Below, in pieces: positions 9,345-19,593 of a DNA stretch of 64,000 bases; position 1 is the first letter of the stretch, and every line of letters begins with the position of its first letter. The translations under genes and the position numbers were made by a program. Origin of the DNA: an uncultured delta proteobacterium (GTDB taxonomy: Bacteria > Desulfobacterota > Desulfuromonadia > Desulfuromonadales > BM103); contig CAVQRZ010000022.1 in the NCBI GenBank assembly GCA_963715335.1, positions 96,001 through 160,000 of the forward strand, written 5' to 3'. A model generated the notes under the pieces. It did not search any database. It was given only the letters and a program-made list of their open reading frames with translations, and was not told the DNA's origin.

Positions 9345-11176
9345 TGTATGCAGTCCGTCAACAGACCTGTTCGGTCATCCCGTTCCAGAAGTCGGTTGCT
9401 GGCAAATGGGGGCCCTCAACTCTCGACGGTTTGGTCCGGCAACTGGCCGGTGTCGAAGCTGTCACGGAACAGAGCTTCCTCGACCTGGGCAACAGAATCC
9501 AGAATTTCCACAGTCGTGCCAGAAACATCTCCGCGTCAGCCGGTGCGGTCCTCGAACTGCTGAATGGCGAGGGTGGGGAGCAGGCTCTGCAACGTCTGCA
9601 AATGCTGGTTGAGCGATGCAACCTGTGGCTCAACACCACCGACGAAAAATCTTCTGAAATCTCAGCCCTGTTGAAAAATGTTCTAAACCAGGTCAATGAA
9701 CTTGAAATATCGGTCATGGGATTGAGAAAAATCATTAAGACTCTGCATTCGTTGCGTGTCTCAACGCGGATCGAGGCGGCCAAAGGCTACGCTTCGGGAG
9801 CCTCTGTCTTAACGAGGTCCCTGGATGAGCTCGGCCGTATGGTCCAGGAGAAGGTGCTTGAAATTTTCGAGCTGACCGAAACTCTGGTTCCCGCTATCAA
9901 CCGCTCGATCAACACGGAAGAGGCTGCGCAGTCCGGGTCGATACGGGTTGCCGGTAGCGCGGTCAACAAGGCCCGGCGGATACTGGCTGCTTTCCTCGAG
10001 ACGTTTCTTGAAACGGGCCACTGGACAGATCGACTGCAGGGGAGCTCGGACGGGGTGGCCCGGAGTTTCAGTGAAATTGTTTCGGCACTGCAATTCCAGG
10101 ACATTACCCGGCAGCGTCTCGATCATGTGCAAAATGCTTTGCATAACCTCGGCCAACACCTGGAACAATTCAGCCGACGAAAAGACTTCAGCAACGATGC
10201 TGAAGCAGCGCGTCTGTTCGGCTGCATCTGCCAGCTACAGCACGACCAGCTGGACTTGGCTTCCCGGGAATTCGTCGCTGCAGCGGCCAACCTGGCAAAA
10301 AACCTGAATGACATGTCCACCAATGTCGTGGCCATGGCGAGCGATACCCGAAGCCTGTTGCGGGTCTCTGATGATGTGAATGAGAATCGCTACGCGATTG
10401 TGCTGTCGGCTTTGCAGTCGATCGCGGTGCACCTCGAAAAGACCGGCAGCAATCATCTGTCTACGGCAAACAATCTCAGCGAAGTCAACGAGGGGATTGA
10501 GAAAGTCTCGGTCCTGGTCGAAGAAATCGAATTTATCGGTGAAGAGATGCAGTTGCTGGCGATTAATGCGGCTGTCAGTGCAGCCCATGCATTTCAGCAG
10601 GGCGCCGGTCTTGATGTGATCGCCCAGAACATCCAGGATGTCGCTGAAGAGGCCTGTCGATATGCGTTGTCCCTTGCGCAACAGTGTGCCGCGATTACCG
10701 AACACGCACGTCAACTGCAGGCCATCGAGCAGGACAACCCGTCCGGCGTCGATGGTGTGAGAAGCCTCCTCGGGGAGGCTCATGAGCGCATGGCAAATCT
10801 TGAGACCAGCCACACGCAACTGGTGGCGCTGGCCGAGAAGGTCGATCACGATGCCCGTGACCTCTCCCACGAAGTGGCGATGATTGTCAGCACTCTCAAT
10901 ATCGGGCAGCTTTTCCAGGAAAAGCTGTCGCCCGTACTGAGGCGGTTCAAAGAGCTCGGCGCAGCCGTTGAAGAAAAGCTTAGTGCGACCGAGAACACCA
11001 ATCTGGAAGTGCTCTTTAATGACCTGGAGCTGTGCTATACCATGGCCAGCGAACGGCAGGTTCATCAGAGTTTCATGGGCAGTCGGGAACAATCCGCAGA
11101 AGCATTGGCAAAGCAGGAGGACAAGTGGGCGGCAAGTCGCCATCATGACCTGGGTGACAATGTCGACCTCTTTTAG
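9341..11176 (+). CDS. Soluble atypical MCP-like chemotaxis protein
   Basis: No TM segment; degenerate MCP hairpin MQLLAINAAVSAAH; LQFQDITRQ; YTMASERQVH; C-terminus DNVDLF. Confidence 0.75.
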   Translation: MMYAVRQQTCSVIPFQKSVAGKWGPSTLDGLVRQLAGVEAVTEQSFLDLGNRIQNFHSRARNISASAGAVLELLNGEGGEQALQRLQMLVERCNLWLNTTDEKSSEISALLKNVLNQVNELEISVMGLRKIIKTLHSLRVSTRIEAAKGYASGASVLTRSLDELGRMVQEKVLEIFELTETLVPAINRSINTEEAAQSGSIRVAGSAVNKARRILAAFLETFLETGHWTDRLQGSSDGVARSFSEIVSALQFQDITRQRLDHVQNALHNLGQHLEQFSRRKDFSNDAEAARLFGCICQLQHDQLDLASREFVAAAANLAKNLNDMSTNVVAMASDTRSLLRVSDDVNENRYAIVLSALQSIAVHLEKTGSNHLSTANNLSEVNEGIEKVSVLVEEIEFIGEEMQLLAINAAVSAAHAFQQGAGLDVIAQNIQDVAEEACRYALSLAQQCAAITEHARQLQAIEQDNPSGVDGVRSLLGEAHERMANLETSHTQLVALAEKVDHDARDLSHEVAMIVSTLNIGQLFQEKLSPVLRRFKELGAAVEEKLSATENTNLEVLFNDLELCYTMASERQVHQSFMGSREQSAEALAKQEDKWAASRHHDLGDNVDLF

Positions 11177-11202
11177 AGTTGCTGAACAGGAATCAGGAGT
11201 TA

Positions 11203-11556
11203 ATGTTAACTATGGCGAAGTGGTCTTACGACATTGAAACAGATACCGGGACACTGATACTGGAAGGAGATGTGACAATCCAGCATGTCAGTGACCTCAA
11301 GAGTGCCCTGATCGAGGCGTTTGAAAGCGCCGAGCAGGTGACGGTTGATGTCTCGTCAACGATTGCAGTCGATGTTGCCGGTTTGCAGCTTCTTTGTGCC
11401 TCGCACAGATTTTCAAGATCGCGTGGCAAGAAGATGTGTCTGAAACTTGGTGACAACACCCGGTTTGCAGATTTCCTTGAAAAGGTTGGAGTCCCGCCGG
11501 ATTTTATCTGCAGCCATGGTGAAAAGAACCAATGCGTCCGGGCTTCGGGAAACTGA
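11203..11556 (+). CDS. STAS domain protein of the chemotaxis operon
   Basis: LILEGDVTI, VDVS and VDVAGLQLL motifs; directly upstream of cheY-cheA; start may be 11212. Confidence 0.85.
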   Translation: MLTMAKWSYDIETDTGTLILEGDVTIQHVSDLKSALIEAFESAEQVTVDVSSTIAVDVAGLQLLCASHRFSRSRGKKMCLKLGDNTRFADFLEKVGVPPDFICSHGEKNQCVRASGN

Positions 11557-11592
11557 CAAATTTGCTTTAATCCCGTTTAAGGAGATAAGAAT

Positions 11593-11961
11593 ATGAGCAA
11601 GCGCGTGATGACCGTCGATGATTCGGCCACGGTGCGCCAGGTCTTGCAAATGACTCTCGAAGGAGCCGGTTACGAGGTCCTGCAGGCGGTAGACGGTATG
11701 GATGCCCTGAGAAAGCTGGCCAGCGAGTCGGTCGATATGCTGGTGACAGACCTGAACATGCCGAATATGGACGGCATAACCCTGATCAAGGAAGTCAGGC
11801 AGGATCCCGGCAACCGGTTCATGCCGATCGTCATGCTGACGACCGAGTCGCAGCCTGAAAAGAAACAGGAAGGCAAGCTAGCCGGTGCTTCCGGCTGGAT
11901 TGTGAAACCGTTCAAACCGGAGCAGCTTCTGGCTGTCGTCCGTATGGTGTGCCCGGTATGA
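11593..11961 (+). CDS. cheY: Chemotaxis response regulator
   Basis: VDDS, TDLNMP, LTTES and KPF motifs; its stop overlaps the cheA start. Confidence 0.95.
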   Translation: MSKRVMTVDDSATVRQVLQMTLEGAGYEVLQAVDGMDALRKLASESVDMLVTDLNMPNMDGITLIKEVRQDPGNRFMPIVMLTTESQPEKKQEGKLAGASGWIVKPFKPEQLLAVVRMVCPV

Positions 11962-14051
11962 GCAGTCTTCTGGAAACTTTCAGAGACGAGGGGCTCGAAC
12001 TGATCCAGGAGCTTGAAGCAGCGCTTCTCGAACTGGAGGAGACGCCGCATGACACGGCTTTGATTGACCGGGTCTTCCGCGCCCTGCACACCCTCAAGGG
12101 CTCCGGCGGCCTGGCCGGGTTCGATAACGTTGCCGGCTTCTGTCACGAGGCCGAAACGGTTTTCGAATTGGTCCGCGCCGGAGAACGGCAAGTTGACCAG
12201 GCGCTGGTCACATTGACGTTGCGGGCCCAGGATCATCTCAAGGGGATGATCCTGTTTGAGTTCGGCGACGAAGCCGTCGATGATGAAATCACTGCTGAGC
12301 TGGTGGCCGCTTTCCAGGCGCTTGTGCCGTACCACCAAAAGCCTTTGCAGGCCGACCAGGAGGAAGCTGAAGGCCGGCATGATGACCAAAACACCTATCG
12401 AATCCGCTTTCGCCCCAGCCCCAGCCTGTTCAGACAGGGTGTCCAGCCGCAGTTCCTGTTGGGAGAACTTGCTCTGCTCGGCGATTCTGTGGTCGTTGCG
12501 CAACTTGACAACATCCCTCCTCTCAACGAAATCGACCCGGAGGATTGCCTGGTCTACTGGGACATCCTGCTGACCACAGAACATGACGAGGACGCCATCC
12601 GCGATGTATTTATTTTCGTCGAAGATGATTGCCAGCTGACGGTCCAGAAAATTGACGATGGCAGCCTGCTTGACCAGCCTGAAGATTACAAGCGCCTCGG
12701 TGAAATCCTGGTCGAACGCGGCGACCTGACCGAGGGTGACCTGGGAAAATACCTGCAGGAAAAGAGACGTCTCGGCGAGGCACTGATCGCGGAAGGGGCT
12801 GTCGATGACAGCAAGATAAAGGCGGCGCTTTTCGAACAGGAACGCGTGCAGAAACTGCGCAAGGACCGCAAGACCCATGACGCCATGGAGAGTATCCGGG
12901 TCAAGTCGGACCGGCTGGACAAACTGGTGAACCTGGTCGGCGAAATGGTCACCGTGCAGGCGCGCCTGTCCCAACTGACCAGCAGCCGCGTCGATGCTGA
13001 TCTCCTCGGCATATCGGAAGAGGTCGAGCGCCTGACCTGGGATTTGCGCGATCAGGTCCTGAATATCCGCATGTTGCCGATCGGTGGCACATTCACCCGC
13101 TTCAAACGACTGGTTCGCGATCTTGGTACGGAACTCGAAAAGGACGTCGTGCTGATCACCGAAGGTGGCGATACGGAGCTGGACAAGACAGTTATTGACC
13201 AGTTGAACGACCCTCTGGTGCACCTGGTACGTAACAGCATCGGGCATGGCATCGAGTCACCCGAAGTCAGGCATGCGATCGGCAAGCCGCGCAAAGGGCG
13301 TATCACACTTTCGGCAAAACACGCCGGTGCCAATGTCGTGTTGACGATCGCCGACGACGGCGCCGGCCTGGATGTTACCAGGATTCGCGCCAAGGCCATC
13401 GAAAAGGGACTGGTCTCCGCTCAGGCCGAATTGAGCGAGCGAGAGCTCTTCAACCTTATTTTCGAGCCTGGCTTCACAACTGCAGACGAAGTCTCAAGCG
13501 TCAGTGGCCGCGGTGTCGGCATGGATGTTGTGCGCCAGGCGGTTGATGCGTTGCGCGGCAGTATAGAAGTGCGCAGCGAAGTGGGGAAGGGGACGGCTTT
13601 TGCCGTCAAATTGCCTCTGACCCTGGCGATCATTGACGGCTTGTTGATCGACATTGCTGCCGAGAACTATATTATGCCCCTCTCGTCGGTTGAAGAGTGC
13701 ATAGAGTTGACCCGAAACGATACGGAAAAATCCCATGGCCGCAATCTGGTTAAGGTCCGCGGCGAAATTGTGCCCTTCGTACGCCTGCGCGACGAATTCA
13801 GTTTCAACGGCCGACGCCCCGAGATCGAACAGGTCGTGATCGCTAACCTGGAGGGGATGAGGATCGGTTTTGTCGTCGACCACGTTGTCGGCGAGCACCA
13901 GACAGTCATCAAAAATCTCGGACGCATGTACCAGGATCTTGACGGCATTTCAGGGGCGACAATTCTTGGTAATGGCCGGGTGGCGCTGGTCCTCGATCTG
14001 CCGAAACTTGCGGAAAAGGCGGAGATCAAGGAAAACTCGAAATTCAACTGA
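11958..14051 (+). CDS. cheA: Chemotaxis histidine kinase
   Basis: HPt FRALHTLKG, dimerisation LDKLVNLVGEMV, HLVRNSIGHG, SGRGVGMDVV and C-terminal CheW-like domain. Confidence 0.97.
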   Translation: MSSLLETFRDEGLELIQELEAALLELEETPHDTALIDRVFRALHTLKGSGGLAGFDNVAGFCHEAETVFELVRAGERQVDQALVTLTLRAQDHLKGMILFEFGDEAVDDEITAELVAAFQALVPYHQKPLQADQEEAEGRHDDQNTYRIRFRPSPSLFRQGVQPQFLLGELALLGDSVVVAQLDNIPPLNEIDPEDCLVYWDILLTTEHDEDAIRDVFIFVEDDCQLTVQKIDDGSLLDQPEDYKRLGEILVERGDLTEGDLGKYLQEKRRLGEALIAEGAVDDSKIKAALFEQERVQKLRKDRKTHDAMESIRVKSDRLDKLVNLVGEMVTVQARLSQLTSSRVDADLLGISEEVERLTWDLRDQVLNIRMLPIGGTFTRFKRLVRDLGTELEKDVVLITEGGDTELDKTVIDQLNDPLVHLVRNSIGHGIESPEVRHAIGKPRKGRITLSAKHAGANVVLTIADDGAGLDVTRIRAKAIEKGLVSAQAELSERELFNLIFEPGFTTADEVSSVSGRGVGMDVVRQAVDALRGSIEVRSEVGKGTAFAVKLPLTLAIIDGLLIDIAAENYIMPLSSVEECIELTRNDTEKSHGRNLVKVRGEIVPFVRLRDEFSFNGRRPEIEQVVIANLEGMRIGFVVDHVVGEHQTVIKNLGRMYQDLDGISGATILGNGRVALVLDLPKLAEKAEIKENSKFN

Positions 14052-14165
14052 TTTCCTGAAAAAATGCTCTTGATGCGCAGATCTCTGTCGCGGGCTGAAT
14101 ATTTTCAAGGATATCAGAAGAGCAAAGCAGGAAATAATCTTTTGCGAAAGACGGGTCGATAGGTA

Positions 14166-14354
14166 ATGTTAAAGTTTGGCGACAAGGTAATTATCAGGGA
14201 CGGTTCGGGCCTGGATGGTGTCGAAGGTGTCATCTATCGTATCGGCGACGAGCAGGTCTCCGTCCTGCTCGACAGGGAAGTAATCTGGCCTGTTGATCCG
14301 TGCGACCTGGAAAAGGTTGACAGCCCCGGCCAGTCCAGGCTTCCCGCCATCTAG
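14166..14354 (+). CDS. Small KOW/SH3-like hypothetical protein
   Basis: KFGDKVIIRDG...GVEGVI pattern resembles a KOW motif; 62 aa. Confidence 0.55.
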   Translation: MLKFGDKVIIRDGSGLDGVEGVIYRIGDEQVSVLLDREVIWPVDPCDLEKVDSPGQSRLPAI

Positions 14355-14419
14355 AATCCCTGCAGGGCAGTAACTGTATTGACATTCAAACATCATCAGT
14401 GCACGGAAACTGTCACCAT

Positions 14420-14435
14420 GGCACAAAATTGTGAC
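14420..14435. promoter_or_regulatory. Putative enhancer palindrome GGCACA-N4-TGTGAC
   Basis: Reverse complement has the same arms as the 8710 site; about 160 bp upstream of a sigma54 promoter. Confidence 0.55.
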
Positions 14436-14585
14436 TTTTTGCGTACTAAGTAACCTGGTCAAGAAGGCGATTCTAATTGCCGATGATCTTTGTGCCCCTT
14501 TCGATACTCGCTGGATCTGACAAGTAGCTGTTTTTTAGAGCTTTTTAACTTCAAACCATAATGACAGCAAGTTATTTTCAATTGT

Positions 14586-14601
14586 TGGCACGATCTTTGT
14601 T
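14586..14601 (+). promoter_or_regulatory. Sigma54 promoter TGGCACGATCTTTGTT
   Basis: TGGCACG-N4-TTG(T), one mismatch to the -24/-12 consensus. Confidence 0.7.
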
Positions 14602-14766
14602 AAAGACTTAACATGAAGACTTTATACGATTTGGCGACATGGCTCTCGTTGCCCATTTCATCGTCCGATAGGTGTGCGATCACTTTTCGGCCCGGTGTTG
14701 TAGACGGACCGCTGTTCCGTTACCCGTGACCCAATTAGGGCGCATAATTGAAAAGGAGTAATTGTG

Positions 14767-15570
14767 ATGAAAAAACGTGTTTCGATGCTGGTGCTGTTTA
14801 TCCTGTTTGCTTCGGCAGGGCTCTCTCTGGCCGCCGACCCTCTGATCTGCTGGTTTCCGCCGGGCTGGAAGAGCAAGGCCGCTACGGCCAAGCAGATTAC
14901 CGACAGCCTGTCGAGTGCGAGCGGGATTGCGATCCGTCCGCGCATCGCCAAGAGTTATCCCGAGGTTCTGACCGCATTCTCCTCCAATGACGCGAACCTT
15001 GTCTATGTCGGGTCCTTCGTGCAGGCGATTATCGCCGCGCGCAACATCGGAACCCCTCTGGCCCAGAACGCCGATGGCAAGGAACTCTACTCCGGCATCC
15101 TGGTCTATCCAGCAGGGCAGGATCCGGTCGCTATCCTCAATAACAGCCCGGCCGAAATTGCCTATGCCAAGGGAGCCTCTTCAGGGGAGTCCAGCGCCAA
15201 GGCGGCGACCGGCGGCAAGGCCGATATCGGTGTCGCCGACCATGGTGCTGCCGTGAACGCCGTTAAGGCCGGCAAAGCCAAGGCTGCCGTGGTCAAGAAC
15301 TGGTGGTGGGAAAACAACAGCCAAAATTTCCCGGGCATGAATGTCTATGAGATCCCCGGTGTTTCGGAGCAGAAGAACCCCGACAACGTTCTGACCGCTT
15401 CCAAGGCCGTGCCGAAGGATGTCGCGGAAAAGGTCAAGGCTGCCGCGATTGCCAGCTCTGCTGCTTTCGGCAGTGACGCCAAGATGCAGCCGTTTGATGC
15501 GGCCAGCCTCGATTTCACCCTCGGCCTGATGAAAAAAGGCAAGATCGATCCACTGACATACAACTGGTAA
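14767..15570 (+). CDS. Periplasmic binding protein, phosphonate/phosphate-binding-like fold
   Basis: Signal peptide, AAGGAG RBS, IAKSY, YSGILV, ASSGES and HGAAVNAV motifs reminiscent of the PhnD-type family. Confidence 0.7.
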   Translation: MKKRVSMLVLFILFASAGLSLAADPLICWFPPGWKSKAATAKQITDSLSSASGIAIRPRIAKSYPEVLTAFSSNDANLVYVGSFVQAIIAARNIGTPLAQNADGKELYSGILVYPAGQDPVAILNNSPAEIAYAKGASSGESSAKAATGGKADIGVADHGAAVNAVKAGKAKAAVVKNWWWENNSQNFPGMNVYEIPGVSEQKNPDNVLTASKAVPKDVAEKVKAAAIASSAAFGSDAKMQPFDAASLDFTLGLMKKGKIDPLTYNW

Positions 15571-15589
15571 ATCGTCACAACCGTGTTGT

Positions 15590-15619
15590 CCCGCCTGTCT
15601 CAGTAAAGAGACAGGCGGG
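15590..15619 (+). other. GC-rich intergenic hairpin without U-tract
   Basis: CCCGCCTGTCTC-agtaaa-GAGACAGGCGGG, 12 bp perfect stem. Confidence 0.75.
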
Positions 15620-15645
15620 CTCTCCTGGGCAGATGGGGGCTCCAA

Positions 15646-17565
15646 ATGGGCATTCTGAAAAAATTACTACTCCTGATCAGCGCGACCCTGGTTGTTGCGT
15701 TTATCGTCATCGGTCTGATTACCGCCTTTGGCATGCAAAGCAGCACGAATGAAATGGTCGGGGCATTGGAATCCAGGCTGTCGAGCGAAAATGAAAACAC
15801 GGTGAAACTGCTCGACGAGAATTTCGGCAAGATCAGCGACGATTTGAACCATGCCGATCAGTCTGCCCGCGACATCGTGACGACACTTTACGACGAATCG
15901 TTCTCGGCCGCGATCGCTTCACTGGTCAGCCAGGTTCTGCCTTCGGTAGAGGCCTTCGACTACGATACGCCGCAGCAGAATATTGAGTTGTTGATGCAGT
16001 CAAACCCTGCCATCAAATGGATTCGCCTGTCTGTCAGTGAAAACCCGACCGATGCCGAGATGTTCGTGTTCGGTGAGTTCGGCGAGGGAGCCGACCGGAA
16101 GGTTTACGAAAAGGATCGGTCCTCCGATTTTGCTTATGTAAAAATCGAAATGCAGACCAGCCTGGCCGGTCTGGAAGCGTTGAAGACGATCGGCGGCATC
16201 TTCACCGATATCAACGCCGCCAACGATCAGCTGGCCCGGGACATTACAAACCGTTCGCAACAGGCGATGCAGAACGCAACAGAGGTCGCGGTTGAAACCG
16301 GTGATGCAGGGCAGAAGACCCTGCTCTGGATAATGTGCGTGACGATGCTCGCCGTTTTGCTCCTGGTCTGCGTGGTCCTCGGCTTGTCGATCAACAAGAG
16401 CGTCAACCTGCCGCTGACCCAGACTGTCGCCATGATTCAGGAGATGGGAAAAGGCCGCCTGGACAATCGGCTGGCAATGAATCGCCGCGATGAGATCGGT
16501 CAGATGGCGGTCGCCATGGATAGCTTCGCCGACAACCTGCAGCATGAAGTGGTCGCCGGCCTGCAGAACCTCGCAGAAGGGAACCTGGTCTTCCAGGTTC
16601 GCCCACAGGACGACCGGGACGTGGTGCGCGGTGCCGTCAAGAAGGTGCGGGATGACCTGCACAACCTGATCGGCAACATCAAGATGGCGACCGAACAGGT
16701 TGCCGCCGGCAGCCAGGCGATCAGTGCATCGTCTACCGAGATGTCGAAAGGCGCAGCGATTCAGGCGGCTTCTGCCGAAGAGGCTTCGAGCAGCATTGAG
16801 CAGATGAATGCCAACATCCGCCAGAATGCTGACAATGCCCTGCAAACGGAGAAAATTGCCACCCAGGCAGCCCAGAACGCTCAGGAAGGCGGCAACGCAG
16901 TCAACGAAACAGTAGCGGCCATGAAGCAGATCGCCGAGAAGATCATGATTATTGAAGAGATCGCCCGGCAAACCAACCTGCTGGCCCTGAATGCGGCGAT
17001 CGAGGCCGCCCGTGCCGGTGAGCACGGCAAGGGCTTTGCGGTGGTTGCCGCCGAAGTGCGCAAGCTTGCTGAGCGCAGCCAGAATGCCGCCGGCGAGATC
17101 AACGCCCTCTCGACCAGCAGTGTCGAGGTGGCCGAGAAGGCCGGCAAGCTCCTCGAAGTCATCGTGCCGGATATCCAGAAGACCGCTGAGCTGGTGCAGG
17201 AGATCAGCGCTGCGAGCAAAGAGCAGGACGCCGGGGCTGAGCAGATCAACCGCAGCATCCAGCAGCTCGACGGAGTCATCCAGCAGAACGCTTCAGCGTC
17301 CGAGGAGATGGCCTCAACTGCCGAGGAGCTGTCCAGCCAATCGGAACAGCTGGCCGATATGGTCGCTTTTTTTAAGATTGACGAAAAGGCTCAAAGTCGC
17401 CGGCGTCCGGCAATGGCCAGCCAGGACGGGATTGCGAAAGAATCGCAACCGAGGATTGCACACGCCGTCGATCCGGTGCTAAAATCACCTTCGCGATCTA
17501 GCCAGGGGGCTTTTAACGCGACCGGCAAAGAGGATTCCCTCGACAACGAATTCGAGAGATTTTAA
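15646..17565 (+). CDS. Methyl-accepting chemotaxis protein (2 TM, HAMP)
   Basis: [41 protein letters not shown]-terminus EFERF. Confidence 0.96.
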   Translation: MGILKKLLLLISATLVVAFIVIGLITAFGMQSSTNEMVGALESRLSSENENTVKLLDENFGKISDDLNHADQSARDIVTTLYDESFSAAIASLVSQVLPSVEAFDYDTPQQNIELLMQSNPAIKWIRLSVSENPTDAEMFVFGEFGEGADRKVYEKDRSSDFAYVKIEMQTSLAGLEALKTIGGIFTDINAANDQLARDITNRSQQAMQNATEVAVETGDAGQKTLLWIMCVTMLAVLLLVCVVLGLSINKSVNLPLTQTVAMIQEMGKGRLDNRLAMNRRDEIGQMAVAMDSFADNLQHEVVAGLQNLAEGNLVFQVRPQDDRDVVRGAVKKVRDDLHNLIGNIKMATEQVAAGSQAISASSTEMSKGAAIQAASAEEASSSIEQMNANIRQNADNALQTEKIATQAAQNAQEGGNAVNETVAAMKQIAEKIMIIEEIARQTNLLALNAAIEAARAGEHGKGFAVVAAEVRKLAERSQNAAGEINALSTSSVEVAEKAGKLLEVIVPDIQKTAELVQEISAASKEQDAGAEQINRSIQQLDGVIQQNASASEEMASTAEELSSQSEQLADMVAFFKIDEKAQSRRRPAMASQDGIAKESQPRIAHAVDPVLKSPSRSSQGAFNATGKEDSLDNEFERF

Positions 17566-18057
17566 GGGTAAAATTATGGAAGCGACCAACATGGCCAGCA
17601 GCCAGCAATATGTGACCTTCAGCCTTGGCGAGGAACTGTTCGGCGTCGAGGTGACCCGCGCCAGGGAAATCCTCAGCGTGACCCCGGTCACCAAGGTGCC
17701 GCAAACCCCCGAATACCTGCTCGGCGTGATCAACCTGCGCGGCCAGGTGGTCCCGGTCATCGACATGCGCCTGAAGCTGGGCCTGCCGGTCACTGCAGAG
17801 ACCGAAGATACCTGCGTGATCGTTGTCGAGGTCCAGATTGACGGCGAGTCGATCATCGTCGGCGCCCTGGCCGACGCGGTCCGTGAAGTGCTGGAGATCC
17901 GCTCCGACCAGATCGAGCCTGCCCCGCGGCTCGGCACGCGCCTGAAGACCGAATTCATCACCGGCATGGGCAAGGTCGATGAGCAGTTCCTGATCCTGTT
18001 GAATATCGACCGGGTCTTCAGCAGCGAGGAACTGGCGATCGTCCAGGATGCCGGACA
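17538..18057 (+). repeat. Direct repeat copy 1 (520 bp; MCP tail plus cheW)
   Basis: Matches 21758..22277 with about 8 mismatches by eye. Confidence 0.95.
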
Positions 18058-18100
18058 GATCGAGGCGAGCGAGGTTGCGGCTGTCGAGGCTGACAACTGA
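17576..18100 (+). CDS. cheW: Chemotaxis coupling protein, copy 1
   Basis: QYVTFSLG and GVINLRGQVVPVIDMR. Confidence 0.96.
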   Translation: MEATNMASSQQYVTFSLGEELFGVEVTRAREILSVTPVTKVPQTPEYLLGVINLRGQVVPVIDMRLKLGLPVTAETEDTCVIVVEVQIDGESIIVGALADAVREVLEIRSDQIEPAPRLGTRLKTEFITGMGKVDEQFLILLNIDRVFSSEELAIVQDAGQIEASEVAAVEADN

Positions 18101-18124
18101 TCTCCGATTAGGTTTTACTTCCAG

Positions 18125-18158
18125 GAGGGACATGCCTGAGGCGTGTCCCTCTTTTTTT
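18125..18158 (+). terminator. Rho-independent terminator after cheW copy 1
   Basis: GAGGGACATGCC-tga-GGCGTGTCCCTC followed by T7. Confidence 0.85.
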
Positions 18159-18160
18159 GT

Positions 18161-18205
18161 GCCACGGTTGTGCGGCACCAAATCCAGAAGTTACACAATT
18201 GTAAC
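18161..18205. promoter_or_regulatory. Tandem putative enhancer palindromes GCCACG-N4-TGCGGC and GTTACA-N4-TGTAAC
   Basis: Same spacing and similar arms as the 8710 and 14420 sites; about 120-150 bp upstream of a sigma54 promoter. Confidence 0.5.
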
Positions 18206-18313
18206 ATCAATGCTTCGCTGGAATGTGACCCTGACCCCCTTCTAAATCGAATCTCCGTAAAAGCACTATGTAATATTAGCAGCTTATAGGCTTTGTGCGG
18301 GTAGCAATCCGTT

Positions 18314-18329
18314 TGGCATCTGTCTTGCT
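18314..18329 (+). promoter_or_regulatory. Sigma54 promoter TGGCATCTGTCTTGCT
   Basis: Canonical GG-N10-GC with TGGCA and TTGC. Confidence 0.8.
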
Positions 18330-18613
18330 CTATATCCTGCCTTGAATCAGCCCAAATAGAAAACCGTTAGGTTTTGGCAATAGGCCTCCAAGGTAAAAAT
18401 TGTCCTGAATCCGGATATTTCCGCAACTGTTTGAGCTAGTAGAATATTTAATTGTCCGTCCTGAACGGCACTGTTCAGTGAAGTAAAATCACGTTCCCTA
18501 AACGTTAATTAAACAGAATCGGGAAAACGCTGCTGTGGCTGATTAGCCCGGGCTTGGTCCTCCCGGTTCCCCAATACACCTCAATTGATGAGGCTACAAC
18601 AAAGGAGCAAGAC

Positions 18614-19572
18614 ATGAAAAGATTTATCCTCTCTGCCACGGCGATGGTCCTCGTGCTGATGGTCGCAGTGCCCGTTTTTGCCGCCGGCAAGAAAGTCCTG
18701 TTTATTGATTCCTACCATGAAGGCTACGCCTGGAGTGATGGTGTCCTCAAGGGTGTTGAAACAGGCCTTGACGGCAAAGGCGTGGAATTGCAGGTCGTCC
18801 GCATGGACACCAAGCGCAACACCAGCGATGATTTCAAACAGTCTGCGGCTTTGAAAGTCAAGTCTGTAATCGAAGGGTTCAAACCTGATGTCGTGATTTC
18901 TGCCGATGACAACGCGGCCAAGTTCGTCGATCATGCAATTCTACAAGGATGCCGACCTGCCGTTCGTTTTCTGCGGACTTAACTGGGACGCTTCGGTTTA
19001 CGGCATGCCTTACAGCAACGTGACCGGCATGGTCGAAGTCGCCCCGGTCAAGGAATTGCTGGAGCAACTCAGGCAGTATGCTCCCGGGCAAAAAGATCGG
19101 TTACATCGCCGCCGATGTGCTGACCACCCACAAGGAAGCGGACAACTACAAGGCTGTCCTCGGTATCGATACGGTCAACTACTACGCCGCCGACATGGAA
19201 GACTGGAAGAAGGGTTTTGTCGAACTGCAGGGTCAGGTCGATACCCTGATCGTCGGCAACACCGCTGGTCTGCCAGGTTGGGATGAAGACGCTGCTGCTG
19301 CTTTTGTTACGACCAACACCAAGGTCCCATCGGGTGCAACCGATGAGCACATGGCACCGTTTGCGATGCTCGGCTTCGTGAAGGTCCCAGAAGAGCAGGG
19401 CTTCTACGCAGCCAAAGCGGCATTGAAGATTCTTGCTGGCACCTCACCCAAGGACATCCCGGTCGTTACGAACAAGGAAGGCAAACTTTATGTCAACCTG
19501 AAGATCGCAAGAGCCCTTGGCATCGAAATCCCCTTTGAAATTCTCGGCTCGGCCAGCGCGGTTATTGAATAA
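18614..19572 (+). CDS. Periplasmic substrate-binding protein (ABC_sub_bind-like); two apparent +1 frameshifts (about 18930 and 19088)
   Basis: Three consecutive ORF pieces join into one protein: signal peptide, VLFIDSYHEGYAWS, MDTKR, PFVFCGLN, EEQG and VNLKIARALGIEIP. Confidence 0.8.
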
Positions 19573-19593
19573 GACTGAACATCGAAGTGAGCA

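Noticed and set aside
11670..13247. Long antisense ORFs (525 aa here; also 16000..17025, 29489..30826, 31818..33116, 49668..50627)
   Set aside because: Shadows of well-supported plus-strand genes in GC-rich DNA; no recognisable motifs
18355..18450. TTTGAGCTAGTAG resembling part of a c-di-GMP-II riboswitch
   Set aside because: The expected downstream TGCAACC and the pseudoknot partner are absent. No GEMM-type motif was found in any leader either.
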